A stretch of 64,000 bases of DNA from Gemmatimonadota bacterium. GTDB lineage: Bacteria; Gemmatimonadota; Gemmatimonadetes; Gemmatimonadales; GWC2-71-9. Each line of letters starts with the position of its first letter. Within the stretch, counting starts at the first letter, position 1. The notes beneath the pieces were generated by a model. The model was not told the origin of the DNA and ran no database searches. It saw only the letters and a program-made list of their open reading frames with translations. The stretch is from contig JBDHHK010000001.1 of the NCBI GenBank assembly GCA_039589395.1, forward strand, positions 13,382-77,381, given 5' to 3'. Below are positions 18,394-26,002 of this stretch, piece by piece. The position numbers were made by a program, and so were the translations under genes.

Positions 18394-20385
18394 ATGCCAC
18401 GTCCCGCTCAACTGTTCGTGACCTGCGCGATCTGCTTCGTGTCATCGGGATGTGCTTTGTTTGAGCCGTCATTTCGGCCGGCGCCGACCGGACCATTCGA
18501 TCCACCAGCGTCTCCTCCGGCGCTTTCAGGGCCGCTTTCCATCCAAGTAGTCTATCCGCCGGTAGACGGCCAGTTGGCCCGGGCGGGAGAGTCAGTCGAT
18601 TTGCGTGCCGTGGACGGCTACAGCATTCAAAGCACCGATTCGACATTCATATTCGGCTCCGTTGGCACGGCTGACGCAGAACTCTCCGTGAACGGGGAAA
18701 CTGTCACTGTCTATCCTTCGGGCGGCTGGATTGCCTGGCTTCCTTTGCCCAGCGACTCGATTGCAGAGTTCGACATCGTTGCCACTTCTGGAGAGGAGTC
18801 GGCTCGTATTCTACTCGTCGCACCAATTGCCGCTGGTCGGCGAAGCTACGACGGTTCTGTCTGGATAGACTCCACCTCATTCTCGCCGCGTGGCGACCGG
18901 TGGATCCGTAATGGTGAGGGCGTACGATTGGCGCTACGTGCCACACCTGGCGCTGATGTGCGAGCCCACACCTCAAGTGGAGAGGTACTTCACTTTCTGC
19001 CCGATACCAGTCCATCTGAACAGCCTTGGGGTAGGTTGGCCTTCTCGACTTCGGTACCGGAAGAACATGACGCGGTCGCCGTCACCGATCGATATGTCGC
19101 GTGGTGGACAGGAAGGCTCGGTCCCGACCCTGACATCGTGATGGCCCCAGACTTCCCCCACGAACCATCCGATTCGACATGGCTGGCGGTAGAGGCGGTA
19201 ATTGGAGCCGATACCGCACGCGCAAGATGGCCTCTTCGACTAGGCTTGGTGGACGTAGATCACCCGCTCTTGATCGTAGTCAATGACGATCAAGCTGGAA
19301 CGGGATTGACCGATGGGGTGCTCGCCGGTAGGCCGTCTCCGTGGGGAACCTATCATTGGTTCCTTCCAAACGGCACGTTGGCTCGTGTGTCGGGCCGATG
19401 GGACAATCAGATACGCCTGCAGCTGTCGGAGACCAGTTCCGCCTGGGTAGACGATTCGGGAGTGTACCCCCTGCCACCGGGCACTCCACCACCGGGCGGG
19501 ATCGCTAGGTCATTGCGACTCGTGCCGGGTGAGGAGTCGGTAGTTCTCAGAATACCATTACCTGCACGCATTCCCTTCCGTGCGGACGAGGATGACACCT
19601 CGGTCCACTTGACGCTCTACGGGGTAGCGGCAGATATGGACTGGATTCAATACGGTGGCACTGATCCATTAGTTGAGCTGATTTCCTTCACTCAAGCCAG
19701 AGAGGATGAGACGGTCATCAGTGTGGCCCTGTCCACTGGAGTGTGGGGATACCGTACTCGTTGGAGTGGCAACGATTTGATGGTCGAAATACGGCGCCCC
19801 CCGGCTATCGATCCCCAACGCCCTCTCGCAGGGCGAAAGATTGCCGTTGACGCAGGCCACCCACCCGGTGGCGCAGTCGGACCTACTGGGACGTCTGAAT
19901 CGGTGATTACGCTCGAGATAGCACGTAAGGTGAAAGGCCTCTTGGAGCGGCACGGCGCGGAGGTGACCCTGGTACGCGATGCGGATGCTCCAATGGGACT
20001 TTACGAACGTATCGATGTTGCGGAGACGGTTGGTGCAGAACTGCTGGTGTCGATTCATGCGAATGCACTTCCGGATAGCGTCAATCCGTTCATCAACAAT
20101 GGGACGAGTGCGTACTATTTCTATCCGCGGAGTGCGGGGCTCGCTCGTGAGTTGAATCGGTCCCTGGTGCGACAGCTAGGGTTTAGAGATCTCGGTTTCG
20201 GTCGCGGCAACCTCGCACTCGTTAGGACGACTTGGATGCCGGCGGCTCTTGCTGAAGGTCTGTTTTTGATGTTGCCCGATCAGGAGGCAGTGCTCGTGAG
20301 CGAAGAAGGGCAATTGCGTTATGCGCGTGGTGTATTGGAGGGGATCGCAACTTTCCTGAGAGAGTGGGCCGTTAGAGCCAATTGA
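18394..20385 (+). CDS. N-acetylmuramoyl-L-alanine amidase (Amidase_3 type) with ~440-aa N-terminal region of unknown function
   Basis: The C-terminal domain has KIAVDAGHPPGG, SIHANA and AALAEGLFL, typical of AmiA/B/C-CwlC amidases. The N-terminus has a signal/lipoprotein-like sequence (CAICFVSSGC). Confidence 0.82.
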   Translation: MPRPAQLFVTCAICFVSSGCALFEPSFRPAPTGPFDPPASPPALSGPLSIQVVYPPVDGQLARAGESVDLRAVDGYSIQSTDSTFIFGSVGTADAELSVNGETVTVYPSGGWIAWLPLPSDSIAEFDIVATSGEESARILLVAPIAAGRRSYDGSVWIDSTSFSPRGDRWIRNGEGVRLALRATPGADVRAHTSSGEVLHFLPDTSPSEQPWGRLAFSTSVPEEHDAVAVTDRYVAWWTGRLGPDPDIVMAPDFPHEPSDSTWLAVEAVIGADTARARWPLRLGLVDVDHPLLIVVNDDQAGTGLTDGVLAGRPSPWGTYHWFLPNGTLARVSGRWDNQIRLQLSETSSAWVDDSGVYPLPPGTPPPGGIARSLRLVPGEESVVLRIPLPARIPFRADEDDTSVHLTLYGVAADMDWIQYGGTDPLVELISFTQAREDETVISVALSTGVWGYRTRWSGNDLMVEIRRPPAIDPQRPLAGRKIAVDAGHPPGGAVGPTGTSESVITLEIARKVKGLLERHGAEVTLVRDADAPMGLYERIDVAETVGAELLVSIHANALPDSVNPFINNGTSAYYFYPRSAGLARELNRSLVRQLGFRDLGFGRGNLALVRTTWMPAALAEGLFLMLPDQEAVLVSEEGQLRYARGVLEGIATFLREWAVRAN

Positions 20386-20386
20386 A

Positions 20387-23215
20387 GTGAGAATCATCGC
20401 GATAGCAGCTGTGCTGATTGCCACCTGCGGGGCTTTACCAACCCACGTCTGGAGCCAGGTGGACCCAAGCGGTAGCTGGCAGACTTGGCACACAGAACAC
20501 TTTCGGATTCATGCAAAAGCCTCACACGTTCTTCACGCCCTGAGGGCTAGCCGTGAAGCGGAACGTGCGTATCTGGCCCTGTCGTCGGAACTCACAAGCC
20601 CCAAGGGGAAGGTAGACCTCGTACTTACCGATGCCGCCGATTTCTCCAATGGGTTTGCGACGGTATTCCCATCGAACCGACTCACCATCAACCTGGCACC
20701 ACCTGCCACGGCCAATGAATTGGGCGTCTATGACGATTGGCTTCGATTGGTGATCACGCATGAGCTGACTCACATCTTTCATCTGGATCGATCGGGAGGT
20801 ATTTGGCGGATTCTCCAGAAACCCTTTGGTCGCGCACCGGGTCTCTTTCCCAACGCATACCTGCCGGGTTGGGTCTCAGAGGGGATTGCCACCTACTACG
20901 AATCCCGCTTCACGTCGGCGGGCCGAGTGCGCGGTGCATATCACACCCAGTTGCTGGGCGCGACTGCGCGCGATGGCACGTGGCCGAGATCTGGAGACGC
21001 CGTTAGGATGAACAGGGTTTGGCCCGCAGGCAGGAGAACATACGCGTGGGGTTCGCGGTTCTTCGAGCGTCAGCGAACCCTGTTTGGCGATTCCGTCGTT
21101 CCGCAGTTCATAGAGCGGACATCACGTCAATTGAACGTCTTCAACGTGTCCAGTCCACTCAAGGGTGCTGGCGGGGAATCAGTCGGTGACGGATGGGAGA
21201 GGCTCGAGCAGCCAGCGACAGAATCGAGTAGTGAGTACCGCATACTCGAGCGCGGTCTGCGGCTGGAGCCCACAGCGCGACCTTCACCCGATGGCACGCG
21301 CATTTGCTTCAGAAGGCTGGATGATAGAAATGTTGAGCGAATCGTCGTTCGTGACATCGCGACGGGAGAAGATATTGCGTCCCGGCGTGTTACCTCCGCA
21401 GAAGGAATCGCCTGGGTGGGTGATACGGTGTATGTGACGCAATTGGAGTATTCGTCACCCGTGACTATCCGAAGCGACGTCTACCGGTGGGAACCAGGCA
21501 AAGACTGGCAACGCGTTTCCATCGAAGCACGGAATACGGACGTTTTCGCCGCTGGTGACGGCCAACTTGGGTTGATCAGCCTCCAGCCAGGTGCGCGCAG
21601 TGTTGGGGTAATGCGATATCCTGATACCAGCGTAAAAGAGTTTCCCAATCCAGAATCGTCGACAGATTGGGGCCGGATCGTAGTATCAGCAGATGGGGAG
21701 TGGGTCGCAGCAGCACGTCACGCGGACCAGCAATGGGACATCGTGATGTGGCCCGCCGGCCGACCTGAGGATTTCCGGATGGTGACTCGCGATGCGGCGA
21801 TGGATGCCGACCCAGTATGGTCGGCATCAGGCGGGCAGCTGCTGTTCTCATCGGAACGGAGTGGCTTGCCACAGGTCTACGCCTTTGACATTAAATCCGG
21901 ACGGACAGATCGACTCACAGATGAACCGACTGGCGCTCGCCAGCCGGCAGTGATTGGTCACGATGCTCTGATATTCTCGACGGTGTTTGGCGATGGATAT
22001 GCGTTGCTGCAGCAGAGAATGCGCCCCCTCGAGTCGGACGAACCGCATGCGCGCGTCGACACGGCATCGACAATTGCCGCGACGGATGTCCAAGTGCGCG
22101 AGGGCAGGTACGCTCCTTGGCCGGCGCTCAGGCCACACTTCTGGATTCCTGTGGTGCATGATGAAGGTCAGACTGGCGCATTCATTGGAGCCCTCACGAT
22201 GGGCACCGACCCTATAGGGCGGACGAGCTATAGCGTCCTCGCAACTGCTTCCCCAGAGCATGGACGCGTGGAGGGGGTATTGTATGTCAGCCATCGACGC
22301 TGGAGGTCTTGGTCTGTTGATATGGCCGCCGGACAGACATGGGATTTCGATCCGATTCTTTACCATGGTGGCGTGGTGCCCGCCTCATTCAGAGAACGGG
22401 CGGCTGAGTTGGGAATCCGCCACAGGTGGCGGAGGTGGCGGAAAGGAGCCGACTTCAGATTTCGAGGCTTTGTTGAACGCGACGTACTAGTCAACGAGGG
22501 GGCGGAACCATTGCAGTTCACTCCGCTCAATCCGACCTTCGTGGGAGCTGCAATCGCAGCGAGTACTTCTCACTTCTCCCGGCCAATGATGTCTGTTTCA
22601 CCCGAAGATGGGTTCGCATTGGAGGCAATGTACCTGCGACGATGGCAAACAGGTGGGTCGCAATATTGGTCGTACGAAGCACGAGGAAACGTTGCCGGGT
22701 ACCTTGCGCTCCCGCTTCCGGGATTTGCGCACTGGGTCTTGGCAGCCAATGTCGCTGCGGGCAAGACTGGTGGAACCGCTGCCACAACTTTCTCCGTTGG
22801 TGGAGAGTCGGGTGACATCATAGAGCTGATTCCGGGAACGGCATTGGGCAGCGGCAGGCGCAGGTTTCAAATGCGTGGATATGGTGCGCGTAGTGGCTTC
22901 ACTAGGGCGACGGTCGGTGTGTTGGAGCTCCGCGTACCGTTAGTGTTGATTGCCAGGGGCGTGCCCAGGTTGCCGCTGTTCTTGGACCGGCTCTCGCTCA
23001 ACCTGTTCGGCGAAATCGGAGCCGGCTGGAACCGCGGAGAAACGATAGACCTGGCAGCGATGAGGGATGTGGGTGGAGAGATCGCTGTCGATATGGGGTT
23101 GGGTGCAGGTTTTGAGCTGAAGGCGCGGCTGGGAGGAGCGGTGGCGCTCACCGATTGGCTGGATACGGAACGGGGATCGGTGAGGTACTATGTGGCCTTT
23201 GGGCGAGCCTTCTAA
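20387..23215 (+). CDS. outer-membrane fusion protein: zincin (HEXXH) domain + PD40/TolB-like beta-propeller repeats + Omp85-type beta-barrel
   Basis: A signal peptide, then HELTH at 20759-20773. PD40-like repeats follow (SPDGTRICF, VSADGEWVAAA, WSASGGQLLFSSERSG.PQVY). MRGYG at 22871-22885 resembles the Omp85 loop-6 VRGF/Y motif. The C-terminus ends ..YYVAFGRAF (terminal Phe). The GTG start lies 1 nt after the amidase stop. Confidence 0.7.
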   Translation: MRIIAIAAVLIATCGALPTHVWSQVDPSGSWQTWHTEHFRIHAKASHVLHALRASREAERAYLALSSELTSPKGKVDLVLTDAADFSNGFATVFPSNRLTINLAPPATANELGVYDDWLRLVITHELTHIFHLDRSGGIWRILQKPFGRAPGLFPNAYLPGWVSEGIATYYESRFTSAGRVRGAYHTQLLGATARDGTWPRSGDAVRMNRVWPAGRRTYAWGSRFFERQRTLFGDSVVPQFIERTSRQLNVFNVSSPLKGAGGESVGDGWERLEQPATESSSEYRILERGLRLEPTARPSPDGTRICFRRLDDRNVERIVVRDIATGEDIASRRVTSAEGIAWVGDTVYVTQLEYSSPVTIRSDVYRWEPGKDWQRVSIEARNTDVFAAGDGQLGLISLQPGARSVGVMRYPDTSVKEFPNPESSTDWGRIVVSADGEWVAAARHADQQWDIVMWPAGRPEDFRMVTRDAAMDADPVWSASGGQLLFSSERSGLPQVYAFDIKSGRTDRLTDEPTGARQPAVIGHDALIFSTVFGDGYALLQQRMRPLESDEPHARVDTASTIAATDVQVREGRYAPWPALRPHFWIPVVHDEGQTGAFIGALTMGTDPIGRTSYSVLATASPEHGRVEGVLYVSHRRWRSWSVDMAAGQTWDFDPILYHGGVVPASFRERAAELGIRHRWRRWRKGADFRFRGFVERDVLVNEGAEPLQFTPLNPTFVGAAIAASTSHFSRPMMSVSPEDGFALEAMYLRRWQTGGSQYWSYEARGNVAGYLALPLPGFAHWVLAANVAAGKTGGTAATTFSVGGESGDIIELIPGTALGSGRRRFQMRGYGARSGFTRATVGVLELRVPLVLIARGVPRLPLFLDRLSLNLFGEIGAGWNRGETIDLAAMRDVGGEIAVDMGLGAGFELKARLGGAVALTDWLDTERGSVRYYVAFGRAF

Positions 23216-23273
23216 AGCAGCTTGCACCCTCCGTTGTCATACCCTATACTGCCAAGGATAGGGGAGAGCGCGC

Positions 23274-25301
23274 ATGTTCTGTTCGCGATGCGGCACTGAA
23301 TACCAAGATTCTGCGAAGTTTTGTCCCTCCTGTGGACTCGACCTTGCCGCTACCACACCACTGGCGGCGGTTGTCGAATCGTCCGAGCAGACTGAGGTTG
23401 CTCAGGTTCGCGCTGCACTAAAGGATGAATATGAGATCATCGACGAGCTCGGTCGTGGCGGTATGGCGATCGTCCTCAAGGCCCGCGAGAAGGGACTTGA
23501 CCGAGAAGTAGCGGTAAAGGTTCTTCCATTTTCGCTCGCGTTCGACTCGGAATTCGTCGAGCGGTTTCAGCGTGAGGCGCGAACGTCGGCTAAGCTAGAA
23601 CACGCCAACATCATCCCGATCTACAGAGTTGGGAAGAAGGGCCGCGTGATCTTCTTTGTGATGAAGTTCTTGCGCGGTGAGGCCCTTTCGGAGAAGCTCC
23701 GCAAGCACGGCAAACTACCACCCCGCGATATTCGCAAAATCCTGATTCAGACGGCGAGTGCGCTCGGTTACGCGCATAAGAACGAAATAGTCCATCGCGA
23801 CATCAAGCCTGACAACATCATGTTTGACGAGTCGGGTAACGCTATCCTCACAGACTTCGGAATTGCGAAAGCTGCCTCTGGGACGCGCCTCACTGGTACT
23901 GGAATGTCAATTGGCACTCCGCACTACATGAGTCCTGAGCAGGCTCGCGCACAGACTCTCGATGGCCGTAGTGATATCTACTCGTTGGGAGTTGTCGCAT
24001 ACCAATGCCTAACCGGAGTGGTGCCATTCGACGGTGAGGATTCGTTCTCTATCGGTTACAAGCACATAATGGAGGACTTGCCAGAACCCGAGATGGACAA
24101 CGCCGATCAGCGCGCGTTGTACGACATCATTGAGCGGATGATGGCTAAGTCTCCGGAAGACCGATACCAGACAGCCGAAGACCTGGTCGCAAAGCTCGAG
24201 GGTGGTGGGCCGGTGATTACGCAGGCGTCAGAAGCGACCTTTTCCGATATACCGACGACAGTCCTTCCACAGGCCGTCGAGTCACCGGACACCGAGTTTC
24301 CGGTAGTATCTCCAAGTACGCCGACGACTCCTATGCCACGGACCTCCCCATCCGCAGAGGTTACACCGAAGAAAAGCAGGAAGGCGGTCCTGATTGGCGT
24401 GTTGGTCTTCTTGGTGTTGGGCAGTGGCGGGGCTGGTGGGTATTGGTACTACTTCCTAGATGCTCAGTGGCCGTTGCCATTTTTTGCTCAATCTCCTGCA
24501 ACCGATCCGGTACCACCGATGTCAGATCTACCCCCGGACTCAGCACTGCTCGCTGGAGCGGATTCAATTCTCCTGGGGATTGCCGATCCCACCGACTCTT
24601 TGGCGCCGGCTGACTCCGGTGCTACAACCGATTCAGTCGGATTCCCCGATACGTCCACTGCTGCGACCGTGGATCCGCCAGTAGTGCTATCGAACCAGGG
24701 TACACTGGTTGTCCGCACGCCACGGGGCGGACGGCTGCTGATCGATGGCGAAGCCGTAACCGGCGACTCATTGGAACTCGATGCCGGCTCGTACAAAATC
24801 GAGATCGAACGAGACGGTTACGAGAAGTTTGAGCAAACGGTTCAGGTGGCTCGCGGTCAGACGACGATTACTCCGGTTACGATGGCCCGGATCGCGCAGC
24901 CAACACAGGCGCGACAGGAGCCAACGGGACCGACACGTCCAGTGGCGCCACCTCCCTCGAGAACGCCTGTCGTTGATTGTCAAACGGACAACCCCGACCT
25001 CGAATATTTCAGAAGCGATCAGTGCTACGATTCCGCACCATCGCCAACACGAGCTGCTCGGCCGTACGCGCCTGTAGGCTACGATGGCGAACTGTCTCCA
25101 GTGAGTCTCACCGTCAAGGTCGGAATTGATGGCAGAGCGGTGACCACGGTTCGTCAGAGAAGGCAAGATGCCGCACCTAGGCTGATTATCGCGGCAACAC
25201 GGTTTGTGCAAGACAGCTTGCGTTACAGCCCCGCGTTGAAGGATGGACGACCGGTCGAGGCATGGCTCAGGGTCACAGTTCGGTTTCGTTCTAGACAGTA
25301 G
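23274..25301 (+). CDS. Ser/Thr protein kinase with N-terminal zinc ribbon, TM helix, periplasmic PEGA-like and TonB C-terminal-like domains
   Basis: CSRCG..FCPSCG ribbon. Kinase motifs GRGGMAIV, AVKV, HRDIKPDNIM, DFGIAK and GTPHYMSPE. TM helix VLIGVLVFLVLGSGGAGGYWYYF. PEGA-like LVVRTPRGGRLLIDGE..YKIEIERDGYE. The C-terminal RFVQDSLRYSPALKDGRPVEAWLRVTVRF resembles TonB_C. Confidence 0.85.
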   Translation: MFCSRCGTEYQDSAKFCPSCGLDLAATTPLAAVVESSEQTEVAQVRAALKDEYEIIDELGRGGMAIVLKAREKGLDREVAVKVLPFSLAFDSEFVERFQREARTSAKLEHANIIPIYRVGKKGRVIFFVMKFLRGEALSEKLRKHGKLPPRDIRKILIQTASALGYAHKNEIVHRDIKPDNIMFDESGNAILTDFGIAKAASGTRLTGTGMSIGTPHYMSPEQARAQTLDGRSDIYSLGVVAYQCLTGVVPFDGEDSFSIGYKHIMEDLPEPEMDNADQRALYDIIERMMAKSPEDRYQTAEDLVAKLEGGGPVITQASEATFSDIPTTVLPQAVESPDTEFPVVSPSTPTTPMPRTSPSAEVTPKKSRKAVLIGVLVFLVLGSGGAGGYWYYFLDAQWPLPFFAQSPATDPVPPMSDLPPDSALLAGADSILLGIADPTDSLAPADSGATTDSVGFPDTSTAATVDPPVVLSNQGTLVVRTPRGGRLLIDGEAVTGDSLELDAGSYKIEIERDGYEKFEQTVQVARGQTTITPVTMARIAQPTQARQEPTGPTRPVAPPPSRTPVVDCQTDNPDLEYFRSDQCYDSAPSPTRAARPYAPVGYDGELSPVSLTVKVGIDGRAVTTVRQRRQDAAPRLIIAATRFVQDSLRYSPALKDGRPVEAWLRVTVRFRSRQ

Positions 25302-25308
25302 CTTCCAC

Positions 25309-25824
25309 GTGATACACACCAGTGCATTTATCGCCCCAGGTGCAGTTGTATTGGGGGACGTGACGATTGGTGCTGACTCCAGCATCTGGTATCACACGGT
25401 TGTTCGTGGCGACATGGCGCCAATATCCATAGGGGAAAAGACAAACATCCAGGACCTGGCAGTGCTGCATGTGGACATTGGGTTGCCGTGCACGGTTGGA
25501 AGCCGTGTGGGCGTCGGGCACCGCGCCATTCTGCATGGCTGCGAGGTGGAAGACGACTGCCTGATAGGCATGGGCTCAGTTCTCCTCAACGGTGTGAGAA
25601 TTGGCACCGGTTCAGTTATCGGCGCGGGAGCGCTGCTTACGGAGGACTCCATTGTCCCACCTGGCTCGTTAGTGCTTGGTGTGCCCGCAAAGGTGGTGCG
25701 CGATGTCGATGAGGAACTCCGGACTAGGATCGGAGAAACGGTGCGACATTACCTCGAATTGGCGCAGTTACACAAATCTGGCGTGGTGATGCAGCACCCC
25801 GCGTCACCGGTAGCAGGTTTGTGA
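25309..25824 (+). CDS. gamma-carbonic-anhydrase-like / hexapeptide-repeat (LbH) protein, YrdA/PaaY family
   Basis: IAPGAVVLGDVTIGADSSIWYHTVVRGD..IGEKTNIQD..LH matches the family. I trimmed the start to the GTG at 25309, just after the kinase stop at 25301. Confidence 0.8.
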   Translation: MIHTSAFIAPGAVVLGDVTIGADSSIWYHTVVRGDMAPISIGEKTNIQDLAVLHVDIGLPCTVGSRVGVGHRAILHGCEVEDDCLIGMGSVLLNGVRIGTGSVIGAGALLTEDSIVPPGSLVLGVPAKVVRDVDEELRTRIGETVRHYLELAQLHKSGVVMQHPASPVAGL

Positions 25825-26002
25825 TGTTGATTTCCGTTTCCGCCGCCGGGTCGCTGCTCGCGGATCCACTTGCGCGGGTGTTGGAACAGGCTAATATGTT
25901 CCCCCGCGCGGTGATGCAAACCACCGACATAATCCGTCAGTATCGCCAACACACAATCAACGAGTACCCACAAGCCGCTCTCTGAGCGGCGCAGGAGCCG
26001 TT

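Noticed and set aside
25825-26002. Possible cobalamin riboswitch or NrdR boxes upstream of nrdJ.
   Set aside because: I could not find a B12-box-like core, and the region is short for that riboswitch. No pair of AT-rich 16-bp NrdR-type palindromes is present. Only the small GGAACA/TGTTCC palindrome was kept, as a low-interest note.
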